49,870 bases of DNA from Octopus sinensis (lineage: Eukaryota): assembly GCF_006345805.1 (NCBI RefSeq), contig NW_021834207.1:1-49870 (forward strand), written 5' to 3'. A program made the translations under genes and the position numbers. Within the stretch, counting starts at the first letter, position 1. Each line of letters opens with the position of its first letter. Shown here in pieces: positions 22,898-35,080 of this stretch. Below the pieces are notes generated by a model. It was not told the DNA's origin and made no database searches. It was given only the letters and a program-made list of their open reading frames with translations.

Positions 22898-23302
22898 CTT
22901 TTACTCTTTTACTTGTTTCAGTCATTTGACTGCGGCCATGCTGGAGCACCGCCTTTAGTCGAGCAAATCGACCCCGGGACTTATTCTTTGTAAGCCCAGT
23001 ACTTATTCTATCAGTCTCTTTTGCCGAACCGCTAAGTAACGGGGACGTAAACACACCAGCATCGGTTGTCAAGCAATGCTAGGGGGACAAACACAGACAC
23101 ACAAACACACACACATACATATATATATATACATATATACGACAGGCTTCTTTCAGTTTCCGTCTACCAAATCCACTCACAAGGCATTGGTCGGCCCGGG
23201 GCTATAGCAGAAGACACTTGCCCAAGATGCCACGCAGTGAGAGTGAACCCGGAACCATGTGGTTCTTTAGCAAGCTACTTACCACAAAGCCACTCCTGCG
23301 CC
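22898..23302 (-). mobile_element. SINE-B full length (tRNA-derived, CORE-like ccttgggcaagtgtctt motif)
   Basis: Head ggcgcaggagtggctttgtggtaag; internal (CA/TA)n; tail gactgaaacaagtaaaagagtaaa. Confidence 0.9.
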
Positions 23303-23389
23303 TATGAACAACCGACACATACTAAACACGAACGCACATGAATTTATACATACATATTCACATACGCTCTTAGATGCATACAGCATGAC

Positions 23390-23457
<68 letters not shown>

Positions 23458-23475
23458 TGATAGATAAATAGATAT

Positions 23476-23516
<41 letters not shown>

Positions 23517-23522
23517 CAGATA

Positions 23523-26500
23523 TGTTTCTTTATTAGCCACACAGGGCTGCACACAGATAGAACAAATTACAAGGTAGAGCTTTCTTTTGAAGGTTTAAAA
23601 AATAAAAAAATAAAAAATAAAAAAATAAAAAAATAAAATAAAATAAAAAAAAAAAAGGGGGGTCGATCAAAAGGGATCGTAAAAGGAGAGAAAGAGGACA
23701 AAAAAAAGGGGGGGTTAAAAAAAAGGGGGAGAGGAAAAAAATTGATCAATAGGGATCGTTATCACAGAAATGTCAATATGAAGTGTAAAGGGGAGGACAG
23801 GTGAGGTTTACCCGTGGAAAGAAAAGCCTACGGAAAAGACCACGGTAACCTCGGTCAATGAAGTCACATGTTATATTTCTTTTTTTTTTTTTTTTTTGCA
23901 AATAAGCAACTCTCTGTATTAATTTTTACGGTTCATAGAATCATAGTCAAGGTGGCTTCGTCATTCATACGTGCCATCCTTGCTACATTCACCCATCTTT
24001 TTTTAAAACATTCACTAGACAAAACTTGCCTCTCTACTCTCACTTTTTTCTTCAAGTGATACTTGAAGAAGTTGATGAGAGATTGACCAGAGAGGAAAGT
24101 GTTTGTCTCTAATCCTTTCAGACGCGTCCACCAGATACATTCTTTCGCCATAGCCACAAGTATGATAAAAATAGCTCTTCCTTCCCGTTTGAAGGAAGGA
24201 GGCGTGACGATATTAACGATAGACTCGGCTGATAAACCGACACGTCCCACACGTGACAGCAGTCGTTCGACATAAGCCCACAGGTCGGAAATTGCTGGAC
24301 ACTGCACGATTGCGTGCAGAGCGGTTTCGTCGCTCTGCCCGCATCTCGGGCAGGTCGGCCCCGTGTTTCTCGAGCCATGCCTATAGAGCTTATCCCGAAC
24401 GGGTAGCGCTTCTCGGTAGCACCGCCAGGCCAGGGATCTCTGGAAGTTGTCCATAGGTCCCGGGCCGAAGTCGTTGTTGAAACAGGCGGGTCAGGTATTC
24501 CTCGTCGACGCCCAGGTTTGCCCCGAGCTCGTCGTCGTACCTCCCCTCCACTAATCCCCTATAGAATGCTTTGGTTGTGTTGAAGTCACTCAAGGTCGAC
24601 CGGGACGGCAAAGTTGCTTGAGAGCAACGCGACACTCGCGGTGTCATTCGCCCTTCTTCGGCCTCTTTTTGATCCACGACTGTAGTTCGGTCATGGAGAC
24701 GAGTTGCGGGAATGCGTGCCTCACAAACGGCGACCACACCTGTTCACCGTCGTCTACATAGAGCCGGAGATGTCGCAGTCTCAGCACGGTGTCTGCGCAT
24801 CATCAACCACGGCATGCCAGCCCCTCCTTTTAACGGGTGTTGACAGCAAATGGATCGCCTGACCATCGGGACGCATCCTTTCCACAAGAAGCGGAAGAGG
24901 ATGCGTGCGTTCTAGTTTGGTGATGGTAGGGTCGGGACAAGGTATACGACGGTCAGGCGGTAGTAGATGATGGACGCGATGTACGCGTTCACCACCTCCG
25001 CCCGACCTTTTAGGGACAGTTTCCTCTCGCCCATTGCTGGGGAGAGTGACCACCCTACTCGTTATCTCGTTCCAGTTCTTCTCCATTTGGAGGTCCGGAC
25101 CGAACCAGACCCCGAGCAACTCAACCGGGCCGTCCGTCCAGCGTCCCACGACGGAGGTACTGGTGGACGGCATGGGCTTGCTTCTCCAGGTTCCGAGCCG
25201 CAAGCCCACTGACTTTTCCCGGTTGATTTTTGCTCCTGTCACCGCTTCGTAGTCTTGATACTATGACGGTGACGTCGTCCGCGTATGCAGACACGCTCGT
25301 CCCGCATCCTAATTCTCGCGGGATGCCCCTCAGAGTCGCCAGCTTCCGCAGTAGTGGCTCAAGAGTCAATACGTATAGAAGCGCCGAGAGGGGGCATCCC
25401 TGACGGACCGAACGTGCAATGTCGAAGGGTCTCGATAGATGTCCATTTACGCGAATTACCGAACGGATGCCCCTGTACAAGGCAGCTATCCAGCCGCGGA
25501 AGACGGGACCGAAACCAGCCGCTCTCAGGACTGCCTCCAAGTATCGATGGTCTACCCTATCAAAGGCTTTCGATTGATCCAAGTTGATCAGGCCCCACCC
25601 ATGCCAGGTTCGTTAACTACCCTGTCTATGATGTAGCGCATCAGATGGAGGTTGTCATGGATGCTCCGGCCCGGCACGGCGCACGTTTGTGCGTTGTCGA
25701 CCAGTTTCTCCATGACAAGCGCCAACCTCTTGGCTAACACCTTTGTCAAAATTTTCAGGTCTGCATTGAGCAGAGTGATTGGCCTAAAGTTATCTATAAT
25801 GTTTCCCTTGTTTGGATCTTTCTTCAGCAGAGTTACAGCTCCTCGACTCACAAAACCGGGTATGCTCCCGTTTTGCTGCCAGTTGCAGTATACCGCTGCC
25901 AAGACGTCTCCAAACAAGTCTGGCATACAATAGTAAAATTCGTAGGGTTAGACCATCCAAAACCGGTGATTTGTCCCTCGAGCATTCTGCCATCGCTTCC
26001 CGCACTTCCGCCGCCGTGATGGCACCTTCGCAGCACCCTGCCTTTCTTGTCGAGAGTCGTGGCAGGCTATGTAGGTAGGCACTGAAGTCTACCCTACGTT
26101 CTTGCCCTCCACTCGTCCCGAACAGTCGGGCAAAATGCTGCTGAAAGGCCTCACACATTTTACTTGGCTCGAGCAATTCGCGCCCCTGTTCATCTACCAG
26201 TGACCGAATGGTGGCTTTGTTGCCCTGTTGCGCCTCTGCCACCCGGGCCTCTCTCGCGGCTCCAACACCTTCGTTCCTTAGAGCACGCATCCTAGCTCTG
26301 ACAGCACATCCTTCGTGTTTGGCGTTGAAGTGTTGGTCGAGGGCCAACCTCGCCGCCAAAACGTCGGATGCGATGCCGCTTCTAATTGCCTCTTCTAGCT
26401 TCTTAACTAGCTCACCCTCTACTCTATTTCTATCTATGGCTAGTGCTTTGCTGTACCTAATCGCTTCTGCTTTTACTGCTCTCTTGAGGGCAAACCACCA

Positions 26501-26952
26501 TTTGTTGTTGATGATGGCTCCCGTCAAAGCCCTCTTTACTAGTGTGCTAATCCGGTCTCTGAAAATTGTCTGGACGGGAATGATGCGTTCAGTTTCCAGT
26601 ACCCAGGACCCTGTCTATGTGCCTTATCTAAGTCTAGCGTACACGTCACCAATTTGTGATCCGTGTAGCTGACTGTGTGGAAATGTGGACATCCTAAGTT
26701 ATCCTTGTCTACTGTCCTACACAGTATCCTATCTAGATACGATCTCGACGACCCACTGCGGTTGCTCCATGTCCACGTTGGTGCATTTGGGTGGTCGAGT
26801 CGGTACCTGTCAGACAGTTGGAATCGTCTGAGCAGGTCTCTGAGGCATTTGCATCCCCTTCTGTTTCTGTCTCTACCCACGTAGTCTACATGCGTGTCCA
26901 AGGTAGCATTCCAATCCCCCACTGGAATGCTACCTTGGACACGCATGTAGAC
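23523..26952 (-). mobile_element. Tx1/L1-clade LINE, 5'-truncated within the APE domain, ORF2 frameshifted
   Basis: APE motifs GDWNA, SYLDRI, YTDHK; GPGYWKLN; RT motifs RPITLLNADLKIL, DQSKAFDRVDH, RQGCPLS, AYADD; zf-RVT CPRC..ETALHAIVQC; stop at ~23933; ~410 bp 3' UTR ending aataaagaaaca. Candidate TSD tagacagata at 23513-23522 and 26953-26962. Confidence 0.93.
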
Positions 26953-26957
26953 TAGAC

Positions 26958-27015
<58 letters not shown>

Positions 27016-27024
27016 GTAGGTAGG

Positions 27025-27089
<65 letters not shown>

Positions 27090-27104
27090 TAGATAGATAG
27101 ATAG

Positions 27105-27167
<63 letters not shown>

Positions 27168-27359
27168 CAGACAGATAGATATACATATATCACTCTTGGC
27201 ATGTATACATAGAATATATGAATATAATTATTCTTTCAAGTATATATATATATATATATATATATATGTAGGTCCCGGGTTGATTCGGGGTTAACCACAG
27301 TAAATAAGGTACTCTGCTATGTATTGAGTATATATATATATAATATATATATATCGAAA

Positions 27360-27725
27360 GGAAATTCGATAACTGGCATCCGTGTTAGTGGCGCGCTTAT
27401 AGCACCATCCGAGCGTGATCGTTACCAGCGTCGCCTTACTGGCACTTATGCTGCTGGACTGGCTCCTGTGCAGATGGCACGTAAAAAACACCACTTGAGC
27501 GTGGTAGTTGCTAGTACCGCCTGACTGGCCCACGTGCTGGTGGCACGTAAAAGCACCCACTACACTCTCAGAGTGGTTGGCGTTAGGAAGGGGATCCAGC
27601 TGTAGAAACTCTGTCAGCTCAGATTGAAGCCTGGTGCATCCATCTAGTTCGCCAATACTCAGTCAAATCGTCTAACCCATGCCAGCATGGAAAGCGGACG
27701 TTAAACGAAGATGCCGATAATGATG
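27360..27725 (+). mobile_element. RTE-related non-autonomous element with ~60-bp internal repeats
   Basis: Repeated ggcacgtaaaa(a)gcacc units; gttggcgttaggaaggg.atccagctgtagaaac resembles RTE 5' UTR motifs; tail ggacgttaaacga...(GAT)n. Confidence 0.55.
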
Positions 27726-27784
27726 ATACAGAGAGGGAGAGAGAGAGAGAGTGAAATGGAGAACTAGTTAGCTAGCTAGCTAGC

Positions 27785-27862
<78 letters not shown>

Positions 27863-27863
<1 letters not shown>

Positions 27864-28092
27864 GCGGCGAGCTGGCAGAACCGTTAGCACGCCGGGCGAA
27901 ATGTGTAGCCGTATTTCGTCTGCCGCTACGTTCTGAGTTCAAATTCCGCCGAGGTCGACTTTGCCTTTCATCCTTTCGGGGTCGATTAAATAAGTACCAG
28001 TTACGCACTGGGGTCGATGTAATTGACTTAATCTCTTTCTCTGTCCTTGTTTGTCCCCTCTATGTTTAGCCCCCTGTGGGCAATAAAGAAAT
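27863..28092 (+). mobile_element. SINE-A full length (tail-1) within (GATA)n
   Basis: (GATA)n on both flanks. Confidence 0.9.
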
Positions 28093-28559
28093 AGATAGAT
28101 AGATAGATAGATAGGTAGATTGATACACATATATATACACGCAAGTGTACAAGTGTACATGTTGCCTATATATACATCTATATGCAAATATATATGCACA
28201 CACATATACACACACACGAACACACACACATACATACTCACAAGTTGTGTTTACCTTACTTAAAAAAACTTCAATTCTTCTCTGTAGAGAGAAAAGTTTA
28301 TGTACTGATAAAATATATATGTCTACATTAGCAGAAAAGAAAACTTATACATCTATTAATACACAGGAGCGTGGGTGCAAAAACCCTCAGGGTAATAAAA
28401 AAAAATGAAGGTTATGCACATATAGACTTCCATGCATACGTAAAGATGCTGCGAATGGAAATGACTACACACACGTTGTGCAGCTACTGTTTATACCTCG
28501 CTCAGGGATTTATTATTGCTTGTTACACTTTTTCGAAAAAAGTATATATATATTTGCAT

Positions 28560-28805
28560 TGAGAACCACTTCCCATTGCCAACCGGTGGTTGTCACACAC
28601 TGATGACGGTCAATACCCAGAAACTCGGGTCCGTGTGTATCACGCCAGGCTGGAGATGGGAAGGATGACTTCCCTTTGCAAATACTGATGGTGCACAGAA
28701 CTTGCGTCAACAGCCAAATGGAGGAGATGTCTTCCTCGGCTACAAGCTATAGTAGCATTAACCCTTAAGGGTTAGCCACATTTTGCCGGTAAATATACTT
28801 CACGA

Positions 28806-28808
<3 letters not shown>
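28560..28808 (+). mobile_element. family H hammerhead-containing repeat, copy 3
   Basis: cacaca-CTGATGA-c-ggt[caat]accc-a-GAAA-c-tcgg-GTC-cgtgtg at 28594-28637. Confidence 0.8.
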
Positions 28809-28844
<36 letters not shown>

Positions 28845-28847
<3 letters not shown>

Positions 28848-30297
28848 TCATTAGATCATCAATCAGAAAGAGAATCACACTCTAAGTTATTGAGCTGTAA
28901 AGTATTTATGAACGGTCCACAGATTACCCAGGGTTTTGTGCCCTAAAGAGTCTAACTACATGCCTGCTGTATATATAATTGTGTAATGGTGTCTGTCTGT
29001 CTGTGTTTTGGGATTACTCTAACTTCTCCCACACCGTCCAACCGATTTTAATAGTTTTTGGCACATAGGTAGATCACATGCCCTGAAGATCGAAGTTCAA
29101 ATAAGGCCAGAATTTTTCGAAAATTCGATAATGCTTATTTGGCATCGATTTCTGTGAGCTCAATCTGGCGTTTGAATGGAAATCCCCATAACGATGTTAT
29201 TTTTCCTGCAGTTTTTACATTTTTTGTCCGATTTTGTTGAAAATCGATGTGTGAGCGAGGCTCATGTCAGTGAGTTGATGTCAGTATATGGCGTTAACAA
29301 TTAGTTGCTAATTGCGCCTGAGCAGTGATTTTATAAAACCAATAGGCTTTTCGCGTGCAAATACCCCATAGGAATTTAATTTTTAGCCGTAACTTTTAGA
29401 TTTTATTCGATTTTAATGAAATTTGAGATGTAGGTAAATTTTGTGGTGTGGGAGTCGGTAAAGATGTTTATTTAATTCAAAAGGGCTTGGAAAACGCACA
29501 AATGCAAATAAGCATTTCCTTAGAGACTTTCTTATCAATTTTGTAGAAATTTTGCACGTTATTACAGTTCGTATCCCTTAGTTGATGCCAGCATGAATAG
29601 TTGACAAAAAATCGATAATCGCGCGTGAGCAGGGGATTTTAGGAAATCAACAGGCTCTTCGTATGCAGTTACCCATAGGATTAATATTTTATGCTGTAAA
29701 TTTTACAGAATTCATCCGATTTTGATGAAATTTGTCATTTTGGTAAAGTTTATGGTCGGAGCCATGTAGTAGAATTAAAATTAAACTGGTGAAAAGCAGA
29801 AATCGTCAAAATTCACTCACAATAAATAATGAACTGATTTTGAAGAAAATTGACACATGAGTAAAATGAAGCACTTCGACATATGAAACATTGGTTATTC
29901 ATATAATGTATTGAGATTTAAACGTCAATGGAATATTTTCATGTAAACGGTCATATGAATTCTATTTTATGACATTACCTTAAAACTTTTCTTCGGATTT
30001 TGCTGAGATTGGACACGCTGATCAATTTTGTACAGGCGATGGCATTAAGGAGATAGAAATGAACAAACATCACCCTCAATGGGTTGAGGTACACCCAAAA
30101 GTTTAACTGTGACTTCAGACGGTTCAATATGTAGGAGTATGTCGAAAGCATTAACCAGCTAAAATCCCTGTCAAACCAGATATAACATCTTAATGGGTAA
30201 TAGTTGGCACGGGGAACGTAAAAGATTTCAATACAAGGTCAGGAGTGGGCTTAACTTCAACACGGAAAACACGAACAACGCCTAGTCCAACAGCTAG
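28845..30297 (+). mobile_element. non-autonomous Helitron/Helentron-like element with internal repeats
   Basis: A|TC start and CTAG|T end (aacgcctagtccaacagctagt); (GTCT)n near the 5' end; recurrent ccgatttt.atgaaatttg motifs; ~310-bp direct repeat at ~29310-29450 / ~29620-29760. Confidence 0.5.
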
Positions 30298-30462
30298 TAT
30301 ATATATATAAATAGATGAGTGTATTTTTACCTTGTTAACAATTAACACGGAAAAAATAAATAAATAGTTACCAGGGCAGCAAAAATCTCACAAGTAAAGG
30401 TGTTGTAACTCCTTCTTTATAAAGGTAGAAACTTCGTGTTTACGTTGAATATTTTGAATAAT

Positions 30463-30672
30463 ATGAATAAAAAAATGGAGTTAACGCAGGTGTAATCAAA
30501 TATTTTTACTTTCGACACGTTTCGAAAATTCCACTGAAACTATTCAAAAGAATAAATGGTATAAACAATTGTTTATACCATTATATCTTTGAATAGTATC
30601 AGTGGAATTTTCGAAACGTGTCGAAGTAAAAATATTTGCTTACACCTGCGTTAACTCCATTTTTTTATTCAT
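30463..30672. mobile_element. 210-bp near-perfect palindromic element
   Basis: Centre aaacaa|ttgttt at 30568/30569; each arm carries ttcGAAAcgtgtcgaag; the arm motif atggagtt(g)aacg is shared with 49770-49825. Confidence 0.75.
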
Positions 30673-30891
30673 TATATATATATATATACAGTTTGATGGG
30701 GGTTAATTCACAGGGGATCTAAACGATTATGTACGCTAGGTAAGTGGTGAAACGGATTACTGGAGCTCCAAAGATATAGCCGAGACAGATTTCCGATTTA
30801 TATGTGAGAGAGAGAGAGAGTGTGTGTGTGGATGGGTGTGGGTGTGTGTGTGTGTGTGTCTGTGTATTCAGCCACACGAATAATAATAATG

Positions 30892-30929
<38 letters not shown>

Positions 30930-32354
30930 CCCTATATGATTGCTTGTACGTGTGTGTGTGTGTGTCTGTGTGTGCGCGCGTGCTTTTATTTAAGTGTTCT
31001 ATTTACATCGCTCCACCGCGCATTTTACCGTTTTATCTTCATTTCTCCCTTCAAGTTTCTTTCCGTTCGTTTTCATTTCCATTTGAAATGTTTTAACATG
31101 AATTTATGGCTACACTTCCGCTGTACTAAACAATTTGCTAACTGACAAATTTATAGGTTTATACCACGGTTAATTTTAATATTGTCTACTTGAGTTAAAC
31201 ACATCTGTTTTATATAATGATTCCTACTAAATAATGTCGAAGCAAGACAATTTCTTGGATAAATTTTACCTTTGAAAATGTAATTTCAAATCGAGGACTT
31301 ACCTGTTATGGTCTACTTCTGAATTGACTCCATAATGGAGCATTTCTGTGTGTATGTTTATGTGTGCGTATGTGTGTATGTGTGTGTGTGTGTATGGTGT
31401 GTGTGTGTGTGTTTGTGTGTGTTTGCGTGCCTGTGTGTCTGTGTGTGAGGTGTATCTATATGAGTGTAGATAGATAGATAGATAAATAGATAGATAGATA
31501 GACAGATAGATAGATAGACAGACGGATACTTATATATTTATATATATACACATATAGACACACATACACACACATATATATATGTATACATGTGTGTATG
31601 TACTTATATAGACACACACACATATACATACACACACAAACACATATATATCAAGAGAGATAGATAGAGAGAGTAAGATACAGAGAGAGAGTGAAAGAGA
31701 GATAGAGGGATAGATATATACATGGATGTGTGCTAGTGTGTATATGTGTTTTTTAGTGTGAGTTTGTATGAATGTATATATGTTTGGGTATGTATGAACT
31801 CCCTGCCGGACCAAAAGCAAAGCATTCAAAAACAAAAAATGGCGTGAATCCTTCGTGAACAAGAATCATCCATTTGAACTGCTTCGATCTCCAAAATGGC
31901 TGCCTTCGCTTGAACAGCCATGTCGGTCGCTTCCGGGTAATGGTCTTTTAATTACGATGCGCTCGCCCTGGTTTTGATTGAGTGGCCTCGGAAGGTTAAG
32001 GCTTTTTATTCACAACTTCCCATGAGTGATTTTTATCTTTAATTTTATTTTCAGATAGATTTTCGAGGAATGGCGATAGATCCGTGTTCGCTACTACGTT
32101 CACTATAAACATTTTCTTCAACGCAAGTATTTCATTATTAGCTCTCTGAACAACAAGCATGAGCCCATTTCTTTAAGTTCACTTAAGTGATTGGCGGCTG
32201 ATGGAAATATATCGGTTTTTCATCCATGAAGATTCATGATCGACGCATGCCATGATTCAAACATTTTTTCAAACGACAGTACAATGCTCATTGTCACAGT
32301 CGTTCAAATAAAATACTTCAAGTCTGTGCCCCATGCTTAAATGTACAGTAAATT

Positions 32355-32419
<65 letters not shown>

Positions 32420-32420
32420 A

Positions 32421-32620
32421 ATTTAATCCAAACATGAAAACACAAAGCGAAAACACAAGAACGCGAGGACGTAGAACAAATATAGTATTATTTGACGCTC
32501 ATGAAAGAAGGGAAGAAGAAGGATTTTACGTTTCGAGCGGAGCTCTTCGTCAGAAACATAGGAAAAGGAAAAATCCAGAGAAGGGAAGACGGAGGGAAAA
32601 AAATCGCCAACGGTACACAC
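32421..32620 (-). mobile_element. HHR-bearing repeat family P1, best-preserved copy
   Basis: ttt-CTGACGA-a-gagc[tcc]gctc-GAAA-cg-TA-aaa at 32524-32556(-). Confidence 0.7.
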
Positions 32621-33082
32621 ACACACACACGCATATATATATATATATATATATATCTTTAATTTTCAAGGAAAGATCCGTGGAAATAGTTACCAGGGTA
32701 ACCAAACGTCACATAAGCACTCTTAAAATATTAGTAACCACACGTATATATCGGTAATAATTCCAAGGAGAAGCGAAACGTGCTTTGGAGGATATAAGGG
32801 AAATGGAAAATGGAGACAAACGCTTAACCTCTAAATAATCATGCTGATAATAGTTATGCTACTACTACTAATAATAATATTAATAATATTCATAATGTGT
32901 CTTCTATAGGTAATAATTCAAGCAATAATGCCTTGTTTCAAAATATTCAAAAGCTAATCGTAGTAAATTTTAAAATAAACAGTCCAAGGGAGGTAACTAT
33001 ACTTCCTCACACTTTCTGTAAAAAAAAAAAAACAACTCCAGATTTTTTTAATGAGAAATTTTCCTATAAATTGCATAGTTCT

Positions 33083-33710
33083 AATATAACTATTTGGCTT
33101 GTTATTCCATATGGTAAACAAATTAAAAAGCAATCTTCCTTACCTGCTTCGTAAAGCCATCAAAAGGAACTTCACCAAAAATTCGATGTACCGTTCAATT
33201 CTTAATTCCCATCGTATTAGAATTGGTTTTTGCAACTCTAATAATCTCCTGCAGATTATCTCCTCACGTAGTAATTATATTCTTTATAGTAAACGTTATT
33301 CGCTTAACAACAATAATACCTATTGTGTCTGGGTAGAGTCATTTTCTTTTTGTGCCTAGTCAAGACTATTGAAAATAGGAAAATAAAAATAAGTGGAAAT
33401 TTTACTGTGAGTGTGTAACATTATAAGGCACAAAAAGAAAATTACTCTCCCCAGACACAACAGAATATGCTTCAACACACAAACTCATATAAAGAATCTT
33501 GCAAACCAAATCCAAAAACGAACTATAATACCAATAATATCAATAATGATAATCACTCCATAAATAATATTATTAATAGTAATATCCCTTGAAATTGTGA
33601 TCCAAATTGAGCATGTGTTCTCAACGGTAATTGTAGGATTAAAAATGTAGTCAACGAATGCAAACTTACTACCGAATGTAAGGAATTTTTCTTTATTGAC
33701 CTTGCTTCCA
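33083..33710 (+). mobile_element. Penelope-like element ORF fragment (RT thumb/linker to GIY-YIG region)
   Basis: IWLVIPYGKQIK/SNLPYLLRKAIKRNFTKNSMYRSILNSHRIRIGFCNSNNLLQIISS, and later C..CVLNGNCRIKNVVNECKLTT...FIDLAS, matching the PLE C/H-linker and GIY-YIG start. Confidence 0.7.
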
Positions 33711-33769
33711 TTTCTCTTATGCACACACACACACAGACACAGACACAGACACACACACACACATATACA

Positions 33770-34158
33770 CAGGAGTGGCTGTGTGGTAAAAAGCTTGCTT
33801 CCCAACTACATGGTTCCGGGTTCCGTTCCACTGAGTGGCACCTCCGGCAAGTGTTTTCTACTATAGCCTCGGGCCGACCAAAGACTTTTGAATGGAATTG
33901 GTAGAAAGCCCGTCGTATATATGTGCGCGCGCGCGTATGTGTTGTGTGTGTGTGTATGTATGTAATTCTGTGTTTGTCCCCCTTACCATCGCTTGACAAC
34001 GGATGCTGGTCTGTTTACGTCTCCGCAACTTAGCAGTTCGGCAAAATAGACGATAGAATAAATATTAGGCTTACAAAGAATAAGTCCTGGCGTCGATTTG
34101 TTCGACTAAAGGCGATACCCAGCATGGCCGCAGTCAAATGGCTGAAACAAGTTAAAGA
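33770..34158 (+). mobile_element. SINE-B near full length
   Basis: caggagtggctgtgtggtaa head through ggctgaaacaagttaaag tail. Confidence 0.88.
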
Positions 34159-34667
34159 AGGAAAAAATATTTATATTTATATATGCTACCATACATACAT
34201 ACATGCATACATGCATACATACATAGATACATAATACATTCATTACATACATGCATACATATATACATGCATACACAGATACATACATACATACATACAT
34301 ACATACATACATACATACATACATACATACATACATACATACATACATGCATACATACGCATACACTTTTGACGTTTGCTTACAATATCAAAGTTCCTAT
34401 ATCCATAATCAAAGTTTCTAGATTTTCGCAGCCCTATCATCAGGATACGCAATATACTTGGCTTTTGTATTGCCTCTGCTATAGTAGTCGAGTTTGTGTA
34501 GAATATATCGTCAAAAACGTTTGATTACCAGCCTTCTATTTCAACAGTCATGTGATACTATCGTTTTTACGTTTGGTAAATCTATTTATGCTTTGCCGCT
34601 AAGATATTTTGACCGTTAGGCTTCGAGGTCAGTAGTCACGTGTTGGTTTTGCGGGTGCAAAACCAGA

Positions 34668-35080
34668 GCGGCGAGCTGGTAGAAACGTTAGCACGCCGGG
34701 CTAAATGCCTACCGGTATTTCGTCTGCCGTTACGTTCTGAGTTCAAATTCCGCCGAGATCGACTTTGCCTTTCATCCTTTCGGGGTCGATATATTAAGTA
34801 CCAGTTACGCACTGGGGTCGATGTAATCGACTTAATACCTATGTCTGTCCTTGTTTGTCCCCTCTGTGTTTAGCTCCTTATGGGTAATAATGAAATAGGT
34901 ATTTCGTCTGCCGCTACGTTCTAAGTTGAAATTCCGCCGAGGTCGACTTTACTTTTCATCCTTTCGGGGTCTATTAAATAAGTACCAGTTACGCACTGGG
35001 GTCGATATAATTGACTTAATCCGTTTGTCTGTCCTTGTTTGTCCTTTCTGTGTTTAGCCCCTTGTAGGTAGTAAAGAAAT
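34668..35080 (+). mobile_element. SINE-A dimer (head + body/tail-1 + body/tail-1)
   Basis: Junction gaaat|aggtatttcg at ~34893; outer TSD ggttttgc(g/t)ggtgc at 34645-34658 and 35082-35095. Confidence 0.88.

Noticed and set aside
32765-32800. tccaag...gcGAAAcgtgctttgga in a repeat shared with 1370-1510 and 30340-30400
   Set aside because: No CUGANGA core and no valid NUH triplet; at most a remnant.
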